From NCBI GenBank assembly GCA_043228905.1, contig JBHGNT010000011.1:18600001-18664000 (forward strand): a stretch of 64,000 bases of DNA, in the 5' to 3' direction. The notes under the pieces are model-generated. The model was not told the DNA's origin and searched no databases. It was given only the letters and a program-made list of their open reading frames with translations. Positions 1 to 12,400 of the stretch are shown here, piece by piece. Made by a program: the position numbers and the translations under genes. This stretch comes from Azolla caroliniana. Lineage: Eukaryota; Plantae; Polypodiophyta. Numbering within the stretch: position 1 is the first letter of the stretch; the number at the start of each line of letters is the position of its first letter.

Positions 1-1855
1 CTAGAAGTGGTGGTTCTTGATGGGGACTTTGCTAATGATTATATATGGACAGCAGAGGATTTTGAACAACATGTCTTGAGAGAACGTGATGGAAAGAGGC
101 CGCTTCTTACTGGGGACTTGAGTATGACATTGAAAGAAGGGGTTGGAACATTGGGTGAGTTGACCTTTACAGACAATTCGAGCTGGATCAGGAGCAGAAA
201 GTTCAGGCTTGGTGTTAGGGTTTCACCTGGATACTTAGAAGGCATTCGAATCAAAGAGTGCAAGACAGAAGCTTTCACTGTCAAAGACCACAGAGGGGAA
301 CGTAAGTCTTTGCTACTCTCTTTTGTGTTATACTTCTATTCCTTGTCCATACACAATTCAGCCATCAACATCTGTCTTTTGAATGCCAGTTTACAAAAAA
401 CATTACCCACCAGCTCTAGCCGATGAGGTATGGAGATTAGACAAGATAGGCAAAGATGGAGCTTTCCATAAGAAACTTCAAAGGAATGGTATTAAGACTG
501 TAGAGGATTTTCTCCGTAACTATGTGATGGATCAACAAAACTTGAGAAATGTAATATTATTTAATTTTCCGATGTGAATCAGATGAATAATCTTACGGAA
601 AAGAAGCTTAAAGAAATGGCAAATACATGTTTTTATTATGCAGATTCTTGGTAGTGGTATGTCAAACAAGATGTGGGATGGGACAGTTGAACATGCAAAG
701 ACTTGTGTCCTGAATCGCAAGGTGTATGTCTTCAATGCAGACAATGCACGTAACATCTGTGTGATTTTTAATAACATTTACCAACTTATGGGTGTGACTT
801 ACAGTGGGCACTACAAGTCTGCCGAATCTCTGACAGAAAATGAAAAGGTTGGGTATTGCATTAAGACATAAGTAATAGTTTTGTAGCATATGCTTCACAA
901 ACTCTTAATTACTTGTGATTCTTTTCTACAGGTGCATGTTCATAGGCTCGTGAAGGTGGCATACGCAAACTGGCACAATGTTAAAGAATGTGATAGTGGA
1001 TCCCTTGCTACTGAAACTGCATGTAAGCATATGAATATGTTCAGTGAGGAAGAGGGCGTGAGAATGATTGGAAGCTCAAGTGGCCTCAATGAACAACCCT
1101 CAAGAAAGTTTCAAACCTCACATATGCCTGCAAATACAATTGGTAAAAAATTCCTAAAGAAATTTTCAGACATCAATTTATGAAGTGAAATCACATAAAT
1201 TGCTTGCATATAATATTTAAGCTAGTTCCATGTTACTACAGCACATGCTGCTACATTTCAGCATCACGACTACAATACAGATGTCACACCAAAAATTGGC
1301 AGCCAAGAGCACACAATCAACCATAATGATCAGATGTTGATTACTGTAACTGACACACAGAAGTTTCTATTGTCAAACCAGCCTCTTCAAGGATCTTTTA
1401 CTAGAAACGACGCTCCCCTGATCAGCCTTGCCATTGAATCCCCTACTACTATGTTATCAAGATCTTATAGTTTTCAATATGCTGCAACGTCACAACAAGC
1501 ATACCAACCAAACCCTGTTGAATGGCAACGGATCCCAATGACGCATGCCACCCATTGTATCATGGAAGAGGATATCCGTGCGATGACACAAGAGATGTTG
1601 GGGAATGATGATATGCAGAAACTCTTACGGTTATCATATTTCCCTGCCCCAGAAACTTTCAGATTGTATGAAGAGGAGCCTTACATACCAGGCTATGGCT
1701 TATCTCCCACTTTGTCATATGGTGGAAATGGTAGACGTTCGTCTGGAAAGGCGTATGTAGGTTGGCTGAAGCTCAAAGCAGCATTATGGTGGGGCATCTT
1801 CATTAGAAAAATTGTTAATGACAAGGCAGTTAAACGAGCCCAGGTTGAAGACTAA
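1..1855 (+). CDS. CBP60: Calmodulin-binding protein 60 family transcription factor (5' end outside window); exons ~1-301, 390-550, 644-847, 932-1142, 1242-1855
   Basis: Signature segments [76 protein letters not shown]-terminal CaM-binding-like [26 protein letters not shown] introns join the exons in frame. Confidence 0.93.
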
Positions 1856-3166
1856 TGGGATATCTGAATGTCTACAACAAGTGCCATGTCTTCATATACA
1901 GTGAAGATCAACATTGAGATAGCATCATAAGGAATCACTGAACAGTATCCATGAAATCCTTCTCTGATCTCGACAATGTCTGGGGTGTAGAGTGTGGGTT
2001 TGCATAAGATAAAATATAAGCTAGCCATCATTATACTGTCTAACAACAACAGCTACTTATGGAGAAAAACTACTGCCAGGTAATTAGCTGATGACTGTAA
2101 CATTGTGTATTTTAAAAAACAAAGTTTGCTCCTGATGGCTGATGGGAAGATCAGATTAAAATGAGGAGCCTGGTACATATTCTTTCATCATTCGTTACAT
2201 GGTATGGAAGTAAGGGAAACCTTTTTGAAAGTTCGAGCTTGTCAGTGGGGAGACCAACTTACTGACATGAGAACTGAACAAACTTATTGATGGTTATTTA
2301 TGATGAAGCTGACCAAGAAGTGTGAAGCATATAGTTCAGAAGGACTTCAGTGAGCATCTAACGTTGCACAGATAGATCTGCTAACCAAAGCCTCATTGGA
2401 GTTCTTTACTTATGATAAAATACAAATGGGTGATCTCTACAATAATATTGATTGCTTTCTAAAGAGAATCGGTCTCTCATTTTGCATATACAGATTGTCA
2501 CATTCATTTGTAATAATATATTGGTTCGTAAGGAAGCATATGAATGTCATATTCTCATGCTAGTTTTCATTTGGAGCAAGGAAGAATTATTGTAAGTCAA
2601 GATCCCTGCTTTTGCATGTATGCTCTTCCCCTCAGAGTTGTTCCTACAAAGACATCAATGGTGATTTACTGTGCCAATTAGTACTTGTGCCATAATCTTG
2701 ATGCACAATTGGGGACCCTTGCGGTTGATCAAATGAAGTTGTCATTATAGACTAATAGGGACTAATCCTTGTGTCCCGTGATTCTTAGTAACCTTGAAAA
2801 TATCAGCAAAAACCCACTTCTGATTTGCCACTTTGGTTGTGTTTAATTTAATCATTCTTGCCATTTTGTGCTCGAGACAAATAGCAAGTAATGTGATTAA
2901 GAGCTTGTAAGATTCATTGTTAGAATGATTGAACTCATGCATTTGGTATACTTGAGAGTCTATTGATTATTCACAGAGCAGCTTTGCATATCAACTTGAC
3001 TAACATAAACAAATACACTTGTACATGGGAATAAACTATAGTTCCATCAAAAGGAGAGCTAAACCACATCAAGTGTTCATTTAGTGATGTAATATTTCAT
3101 TTGGTGTTTGACAATTGTATAGACTGAAGTATAATCCTTGTAGAACTCAAAGTTGGATAACGATGG

Positions 3167-3400
3167 TATAGTTTGACCAATGCTACATAGAATTCATCAA
3201 GTTGAACTTTCATCATTAGAAAATGGCAACTTAATCAATCCAATGCTATAGTTTGACCAATGCTACATAGAAGTCATCAAATTGAACTTTCATCATTAGA
3301 AAATGGTTACTTAATCAATCCAATGCTATAGTTTGACCAATGCTACATAGAAGTCATCAAATTGAACTTTCATCATTAGAAAATGGGTACTTAATCAATC
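3167..3400. repeat. Tandem repeat, 80-bp unit x ~3
   Basis: TATAGTTTGACCAATGCTACATAGAA starts at 3167, 3247 and 3327, with few mismatches between copies. Confidence 0.95.
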
Positions 3401-4779
3401 ATACCTATAAGAACATGATCCTTTTGTAGTGGTCCTAGATTTCTTGGACATCAATAAATAAATAGAAAACATACCCAACTTACCGAGAACTATTTGAAAG
3501 TATGTGATTTATCATTGTTGCTTTTGAAAATGCATATGCACCACATGTTCTTAGGCTATTCCAATGTTGATATCTTCAAAGTTCAAGTTGTGTATTTAGT
3601 CCCGCCATTCTCATTTATCATGGAAATATTATAATCTCTAATGACCATGTTAACCATATAGTACGATTAAGAATTTGAACACAACATAGCAAGGGGCAAT
3701 ACTTGGGTGGGACCATTGGACAAAAGGATATAGAGAGAGTTTCACTGCTTATATGTATTTATTCGCAAAGAAAATTATGTATCTACAAGGGATATATGAT
3801 GCATCCCTAGCTGGGAAGCATATATTACATCAAAAGATATCTTTCTATAGCTCCAACTTCCAAGTCTTTCCATTCACGCTCTTGCAAAGTTTCATGCATG
3901 TGTGTGAAAGTCGAGCAGATCCACCGGGGAGTTGAACTAGGGAGAATGGAGTGGCAAACCTTCGTGGGTACGATGCTCGAGTTTGTCAAAGTGCACGCTC
4001 TTGTTTGGATGTGTGTGAGGTTTGTGTCCAGGTTTGTTCAGAGGTCTGCATGTGTACTTGCAAGTTTGTTGAATTTAGTGTAATTATTGAAGAGTGAAAT
4101 AGGTATTTGGCTATAATTATTGTTATTCCTTGAAATTTTGTTAACTATTAATATTATTTAATTATTTATTGTTAATTTATTATTATTATTATTATTTCTT
4201 ATCGTATTTATATTTTAATTTATTTTGTTTATTTACTTATTTAAATTCCAATCAAGTTAAATTTTATCACGTTTTGAGCCTTGTCTTTGGGCACTATCTA
4301 GCAAACAAGACATGGGCTCCACCCAACGTGATGGGTTGAACTCCCTTTATCCAAAAAAATTCGATGAGTCGCTAATTAACACTCGCTAGTCGGAATCAGG
4401 ATCTGGAAAATCCATCACAAACATTGAGGCAAAGTCTTCGCATTGATGAGACAGTTTGGTGCTAAATGCCGATTTTGTCAAATTCTTGTAACTTTGTCTC
4501 TTGAGCTCGAAATTCGGTGCCGAAAATTTCAACATGCTCCTTGCTTGACCACGGTAAATTAAACATGGATTAGGATAATATATTTGAAATATAAATTATA
4601 TTAAAATTGTAGAAGTAATGACAAGTTCACTAGAGCATGTAAATATAAGAAGAATATTCTCAACTCCGTTGCATGTGGTGATCAAGAGATAAAAGAAAGA
4701 AGAATAGGTAGATAAGAGAATATGGAGAAGGAAAGATCATGAGCAGAACTCCAAGGGAGATACCTTCGAGTTTCAGTGC

Positions 4780-4950
4780 GACGTCTTGACAAACAATGAC
4801 CACATCGCCTTTTGTCATTGTTGATCTTGCAAAAGCTAATTATAATGTACACATTCCATTCATCCATCCACTTAGCTCCCCATGGTTCAAGTAACACTTG
4901 GACCCTTGACCTCCCACTCATAGCACAAGCTCTTACCATATATGCTTGTT
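4780..4950 (-). mobile_element. Possible degenerate tRNA-derived SINE
   Basis: Minus strand reads AAGCATATATGGTAAGAGC...GGAGGTCAAGGGTCCAAGTG, resembling degenerate Pol III A and B boxes at tRNA-like spacing. No TSD found. Confidence 0.3.
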
Positions 4951-5780
4951 GTATCATTCAATCTTTTTGATATTCCTAGTTTAACTTACTTCCTCATATG
5001 CGCTCCCCACATCACAACAAACATGACAACTAAGCAAAATAAGGATTGTTCATAGGAATTATAGTAAGGATCATGCAAGAAAACATTATCATATTATGTG
5101 CATAATCTACGAATCCAACAATGGATTAAGCTTGTCAAAAGGGTCATTTATGAAAAATGACATTCTTGAAAAGTTTCCCTATCTAAAAGCAAGTGACCAT
5201 ATTAAACGTGCATGGATTTGAATGTCATTCTTTGTATCATTCAATCTTTTTGATATTCCTAGTTTAACTTATTTCCTCCTATGCGCTGCCTGCGTCACAA
5301 CAAACATGACAACTAAGCAAAATAAGGATTGTTCATAGGAATTATAGTGAGGATCATGCAAGAAAACATTATCATATTATGTGCATAATCTACAAATCCA
5401 ACACTGGATTAAGCTTGTCAAAAGGGTCATTTATGAAATATGACATTCTTGAAAAGTTTCCCTATCTAAAAGCAAGTGACCATATTAAACGTGCATGGAT
5501 TTGAATGTCATTCTTTGTATCATTCAATCTTTTTGATATTACTAGTTTAACTTATTTCCTCCTATGCACTCTCCATGTCACAACAAACATGACAACTAAG
5601 CAAAATAAGGATTGTTCATGCAAGAAAACATTATCATATTATGTGCATAATCTACAAATCCAACAATGGATTAAGCTTGTCAAAAGGGTCATTTATGAAA
5701 TATGACATTCTTGAAAAGTTTCCCTATCTAAAAGCAAGTGACCATATTAAACGTGCATGGATTTGAATGTCATTCTTTGT
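4949..5780. repeat. Tandem repeat, 283-bp unit x ~3
   Basis: TTGTATCATTCAATCTTTTTGATATT starts at 4949, 5232 and 5515. The third copy lacks ~21 bp between TCAT microhomologies. Confidence 0.95.
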
Positions 5781-7163
5781 GTATTAAAATGATATATTGC
5801 AAGAGAACCAACTCCTCACGAGTTACAACTCTTCTTTGTTCCAGGAGAAACATAAACATGCTTAATGCCATTTAGCCACATACACAATATTATTGTCTTA
5901 GATAGAGTAATATTGATGGCATGGACCTTGATAGAACCCTAAAGAATCAAAACCAACATTTGCCTCACCAACATCAACGAAACAAGGTAGCAAGCGGGAG
6001 GCATACATATCAGTTGCGAGTGGAGCAACGCCCATGCTTTTGAATCTAAAGAACATATGGGAAAGATCAAGTCTCTCTCACATTATCAAAACACGATATA
6101 CGTATGGACTAAACATCAAGGGGCGAAGCGGTGGCCCAAGATTTTGCACATGTAAAATAAACAACATAGTACGAGTCTCTAATCTTAGGTATGGCATCAC
6201 GATCCTTGATAATGTCTCCTAAAACCAAATCCATTTTTTTTTGCTGAAAGCGTATAATTATGTATATTAATAAATGTGTGTGAAAACAATACATTGGTAC
6301 ATCAATTAAGTGGTCACCACTTCAAGGGTAGTGGGATATGTTGAATTGCCAATAGGCAAGACAAGCACTCTACCAATAAAAGAATTTTACTTGCTCCAAT
6401 AAAGAAATTTGGCCACATTAGTACTCCAACTTTGGTCGATGTGCTTCGACTCCATTTTTAGCATCAAATAACAACGATACAAAACTTGCAAAATATGAGA
6501 AACTTAAGCCTAAATCTAACAAGCAACTAGACATTGTATGCAATGATGAGTATTATCATCCATTTGAACAATGCAAAAAGTAATCATTGCATGTTGTTGA
6601 TCCACGTTGCTTTAGAGCTAATCACAAAAGCAAACCCCCAATCAATACTGTCCAAATGAAGACCTTCGTGAAAAGGAATGCCAAGATCTACTACCATCCA
6701 TAATCAAAGATATGTACCTTCCAATCTTGGTTAACCTTAGATTATATCACTTGTAACAAGTGACAAATCAATGCTCTCCAAATGAAGACCTATGTGATGA
6801 GTGATAAATTTAGAATGCCAAGACTCGCTACAATCCATAATCAGAGATACATATCTTCCATCAAAGAGAATCCAAGGAGCAACACACACAAGAGATTAGT
6901 GGTGGTCACTTGTAAAGGCGGCGATCGACCCGAATGAAATGCCAATCTTTTTCTTCTTCCTCTGCATCTGCTTTGCTATGGTTAGATGGTAGCCATAGAC
7001 GAGACTCGACAGAGCTTAGATGATCGCCATAGACAAGACCCACAACGGATTACCGATTCGAGAGATTAGCAGCAAGTCACTTGGTAAAAATGGCATGTGT
7101 CCCATTATAAAACCCAATCTTCTTCCTCTTCCTCTGCATTGTTACTACTACTACTACTACTAC

Positions 7164-7195
<32 letters not shown>

Positions 7196-7420
7196 CTCTG
7201 AGCGTACTGTTCTCCCTTGTCTCTCCTGTTCTCTGTTTTCCCTCGAAAATCAGAACCTCCCTCCCTGATCGCCCTCACACTTCTCCCTCCTCTTTCTCTG
7301 TTTTTCTATAGAGTTTCAGGGACACGATTCTTCTTGCTCGAAGCTTTTGAAGGGAAGAAGAGCCTAGCCGCTTGCTGGATTCGGAAAAAGGAAAAAAAAA
7401 AAAAACAAAAGCAGGAGAAA

Positions 7421-8590
7421 ATGTTCGCGGACCTGCGTAGTGAAGATGAAGATGGGGAAGCAGAAAGAGCTGTCGCATCCATTCCACCGAATATTCGGAA
7501 AAGGGATTTGAAGCTGATGCTGGAAACAGAGATTCAGAAACAAGTTGTTGATATGCTCAGTGAAACAGCCAAAGATATGGTGAGTGATATTGAGATAGTA
7601 GAAATAGAGGATATCTTGACTTGTGACATGGAGGCAAGGCATGAACATGTGCAGAAATATGTGGTCAAAGTGAAACTTATGGCTAGTGTATACGTACCTA
7701 TCATGTTGCAATCTTCTTCAGATCTCATAGATCAAGAGGAGGCAATGACAGGGAAAAAGGAATCAACAGATGTAGTTGAAGCGGGAGCATGTGAGGAGGA
7801 AGTAGTTGAAGTGAGAGGATGTGAAATTTTTGATGAATCTCTACATAAAACAGACTCTCACAATCTTTGTGAATTCCAAAATATAAAAGTGGAAAAGAAA
7901 AATGATACATTGCACGTGCATGATGGTGTGATTCCTAAGTCAAGTTGGGTTGATTCAGAAGAACTTGATGTGGATGACTTTGAAAGCCACAATTTTGATG
8001 CCGATAGGACGGAAGAAAAATTTGTGGCAGGAGAGGTTTGGGCTTTATATGATGATAAAGATGGAATGCCCAGAAATTATGCATATATTCATAAACTCTG
8101 TAGCATCACACCTTTTGATGTTTGTATTTCTTGGCTTGAACCAAAGGTTAGAACAGAAGAGGAAGCCAACTGGCTTAAGTTAGGGAACTCTATAACTTGT
8201 GGTGAATACAGCCTCCAGAAACAACTAACGCACATTACTTATGTTGAGTGTTTTTCCCATATGATGAAATCAAAGATTGCGAAGATGGGGGAAATCTTGA
8301 TAACTCCAGAGCAAGGTGAAGTATGGGCACTGTATCGGGCAGAGATTCCTCCTTCTGGATATGATATTGTACAGATTGTAAGCAAGGAATTGTGTACTCT
8401 CACTGTGGTACCACTTGTTAAAGTTCATGGTTTTCGGACGAGGTTCATGCAACAACAGCAGCCATTCGAAATATCGATGGATAATGTTTCTCGATTCTCT
8501 CATAAGATCCCTGCCTGTTTCCTTGGCCAGGAGGTTTTAGGTTTGGATGCAACTTGTTGCCTGGAACTAGATCCCGCCTCTACTCCATGA
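7421..8590 (+). CDS. Intronless DUF3444-domain protein (389 aa), no J-domain
   Basis: C-terminal DUF3444 motifs FDADRTEEKF..GEVWALYDDKDGMPRNYAYI, PEQGEVWALYR, FSHKIPA, LELDPASTP. First ATG after the pyrimidine-rich leader is at 7421. Confidence 0.85.
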   Translation: MFADLRSEDEDGEAERAVASIPPNIRKRDLKLMLETEIQKQVVDMLSETAKDMVSDIEIVEIEDILTCDMEARHEHVQKYVVKVKLMASVYVPIMLQSSSDLIDQEEAMTGKKESTDVVEAGACEEEVVEVRGCEIFDESLHKTDSHNLCEFQNIKVEKKNDTLHVHDGVIPKSSWVDSEELDVDDFESHNFDADRTEEKFVAGEVWALYDDKDGMPRNYAYIHKLCSITPFDVCISWLEPKVRTEEEANWLKLGNSITCGEYSLQKQLTHITYVECFSHMMKSKIAKMGEILITPEQGEVWALYRAEIPPSGYDIVQIVSKELCTLTVVPLVKVHGFRTRFMQQQQPFEISMDNVSRFSHKIPACFLGQEVLGLDATCCLELDPASTP

Positions 8591-9400
8591 AACTTAATGG
8601 AGTTTTTTCATGTATTTAATTTAGTGGTAGTAGATGAAGTCTTTCAATGTGCTCAAAAACTAAATATATAGAGATGTAAGAAATTCATATGTAATATAAT
8701 AAAATTTAATCAGTTTTGAGGTGCAGTTTGTCTAAAGAAATGTAGTTTAAAACGTGGAATTTGAGCAACATTGTAAAGTATACTCTCATTTGAGTTGAGG
8801 CTATGTTGACTTAATAAAGTGTTGTTTCGTCCTTAAAAATATGATGGTATTTTAACACTGCCAAAATTCTAAAAGGCCAAGATGAAAATGGCAACCTCCT
8901 GCCTTATTTCCTCATCAAATTGTCATTTTTGCTGTTTGATAGAAAGGTTTTTTCATTAACGGTTGCATGTACCTAAGTGCATTGTAATGATTATGGTTTG
9001 TATTCCAGTTCGTTGTCTCAATATGCTGTTGAGGATGTCCTACTGGCGATTCAATTGGCTGAATTCTTTGGAGATTGTTTCTATGGCATGTCACAAAAAC
9101 GTGACACCAATTTTTGCAGTTTGCAATTTCCAGGTTATCAAAGTATGATCATCTAATGGATGTTCAATCTGATTCCACTTATAGAACTACTAGCAATATA
9201 CATGTTTTTGTTTGTGCATGTGGCAATGCATCCAAGCATGCACCATGAATACCTCGTATGTGTGAACAACAGAGTTGTGGCCTTAAGGAATAAGGCTGCT
9301 GTACCAGGTTACACTTTTATGCCACGGCCCACAACTTGAGTTGACTGTACAGTGAGAAATTGATGCTCATGGCTTTAGTGTAAGCCATTAGGTGTTTGTT

Positions 9401-12400
9401 TTACTCATGTCCTAGATGCATCTTTTTGAGCTCTGCCTGGAATGTTGGACTTCCAGCAAGTGTCCTCTTTGCAAGGTTTTTAATGTCCTCTCTAGAGCAG
9501 TCCCTGGAGATTCTAACAATTTCCCACAATGCACCAGCTGCAACTAAGTCTTTCACATTCACCTCTGCAAAGGACAGGGAAAACAGGTTAACACATTGTA
9601 AGGATGAATACTAATTCAACTCAAGAAATTCTATGTACACTGGTGTACCATGTTGGGCAAGATGGCAAAGAGCAAGCTCTATGTGTCGACGAATCGGTGA
9701 GGCTTCACTGCTTACATTGGAGACTATCCAAGGTAAAGCTCCATCCTCTATCAGTAAAGATCTTCCCCTCTTTTGTCCAGCTGAGTCATTTGGATAATCA
9801 ATCTTTACATGAATGCTTCTTTTTCAGCAGAGGGGTTCAAGCTAGTTCACATTTACTATAAAAACTTACCTTGTGTTACTCCCCGTGACTCACATTTTGC
9901 AAAGTTTGCAAAACCTCTTGCTATTTGTGCCAGAACGTCTGGGTGCCTTGATCTTACCATTGCAAGGAGTGCCTTTATGCCACCTTCTTCTTTCAATTTC
10001 CCCTTCAATTTATCTGCAAGTTAGGACAAATATTAGCATTTCTACTCATAATGATCACATGTTTTTAGACTCTGTTGCATACCATTTCCACAGAGGTTTG
10101 CAATTGCGCCTGCCACCATCCGAAGTGTTTGTGGATCTTCTGCTTCATTTGCTGTCTTGGCCAGAAGTCCGATTCCTCCCTGCACCATAATCAGTTCTTG
10201 ATTGGTCTCTGCAGAAGAAGAAATAAATGATGAGAGATGACCATTCATATAATGAGAGTGAAGGCAGATATGTAGACATATCATGCTTTATGTCATAACT
10301 GATGATGTCCATTTCCACAATATCTAGAATGTGGTAATTAGTCAAGTTCTAAATCTCGATCAGCCCCTAAGGTCACATATATCCTGTAGATGTAACAGAT
10401 TAATTTACTAGCCATGAAGAAAAGCATTGGTACTAACATGAAAGGGTAGTTTTATTTCTTTCCCTCTATTTTCTTTTCATATTGTGGCAATTCTTTCAGC
10501 ACATAGAAAGCCAGTTCCATTTAAAGTTTTACCTACTCGATCAACCTCAGCTTCACCACCACAGGAAACCATATACTGCAAAACAATAACCCAGAAAAAA
10601 GTGATGGCATACCATTCATTGCAAGATTAGCTACAGCTCCTGCAGCCACACGTCTAATAGTTTCATCCTGTGAGTTTTGAAGCAGACCTAGCAATGATCC
10701 CAGTCCTCCAGCTTCAACTATTTTCTGTTGATTTGCTTCTGTTTGTAGAAAGCATTTCAATTTACTGAGTAAGTAAAAACATTCCAGAATTACTATATGG
10801 CAATTGAGTAGGATTCCACCTTCAGCTGCAAGATTAGCTACAACTTTAACTGCATGTACACGTACATCCATGTCCTCAGAACTCAACAAAGAGAGAATCT
10901 TGTGCAAGCCCACTGTATAACATAATGCACAAAATATAGATTAGCTTTTTATTTCTATCTAGTTATATAGCAATACACAACAGGTGTATTATTGGCCTTC
11001 AAACCAAAATGCAGGAAGCTTCTGATTTTTGCTTAATCTGCCTTACAAAGTGCAGAAAAAGTCGGTTCATACCCTGTTCAAATAGTTTGGCAATATTGGC
11101 TCTTTGCCCATTCAACGATTCACGCATATGACCAGGTTTTTGCAAATTGGGGGAATCTGGTGTTGTCAATTCTTTATCGATAGTTTTCCGTGTCTGAAAA
11201 AGCAGACCATATATAATCAAATTCATATGTAATAATAAAACATTGCAATGCATCCACTTATTAGCATATATACCTGTATTTCATCAGCTTCAGAACTTGT
11301 ATGAAGCATTTGCTGTTTCATTTTTTTTACCTCCTGTTCTAGCATTTTCTTTTGTTTCAAATGTTCATCAAGCTCATATCTCAAAGATTTTATTTCATCT
11401 TTTAACCTGGAATTCTACAGGGATGACATGGAGGGTTAAACAAACTCAATGTGGTAAATAATGATACATGTTTCATATTAGACCTTCAAGCAAGATTTAA
11501 AAGGATCATAAAATCCATAGAGGTAGGCTTTGACACTGCCTACATACAGAACAGTAGGGTTTCTCATTTTATTATACCACTGATATTGTATGTAAGTTTG
11601 ATGACCTTTAAAGAACAAAGCAGCATTTTCCATTATGTTCAGGATTTATTATTACTGAAACCTGCATATGATCAGGCAAAAGACATCTCATGGTATAGTG
11701 GAGAAAATTCTAATGAATAGTTGGCTGATTCAAATGTGACAGCCATGTTCTGAGCCCATACAAACGATATGACAGAAGAGCAAGAAGAAAAGTATTAGAA
11801 AGGCCAGAATATGATCACGTGAAAAGGAGATCATACTCCACTGCATAACAATATTTTTGCGAATGTCAGAACTCCAACTGTGGGGAGACCACACAAAGAT
11901 GGGGTTGTCCAAATGAGTATAAATACCTCTTCTTTAGTGTCTTGTAATGCAATGGTTGCTTGTTTCTGCCACTCTTGAAGTTGTTTCTCTGCTTGTTCCC
12001 TTAGTTGGGACTCTTTTTGGAGCTTCGCTGCCAGTACCAAGTTTTGATCCTGGTCTCCTATCTGATAAATTTGGCAATAACAAAAATATGCAGAGACTAA
12101 GATGGGCCTTTCATATACATCCACCTTAAATCCGTCAGCATTCAAGTACCTCATTTCTCCCTTTTTGTATGATAAGATGCTCAAATTCTAGCAATCGTTT
12201 CTCGAAATCTTGCTTCAGCAAGCACTCGACTTCCAATCTTTTGCTCAAGTCTGCCACTTCCAGCTGGTGTTTTTTATTTAACTCGTCTATTTCTCGCAGA
12301 TGTCTTGATCTTTCATTCTGCATTTGCTTCTGTAAGCACAATGATCAAACACATTGTGACTTCGATGGTTGGAGAATTGGCTGAAATACCACCCAATTCA

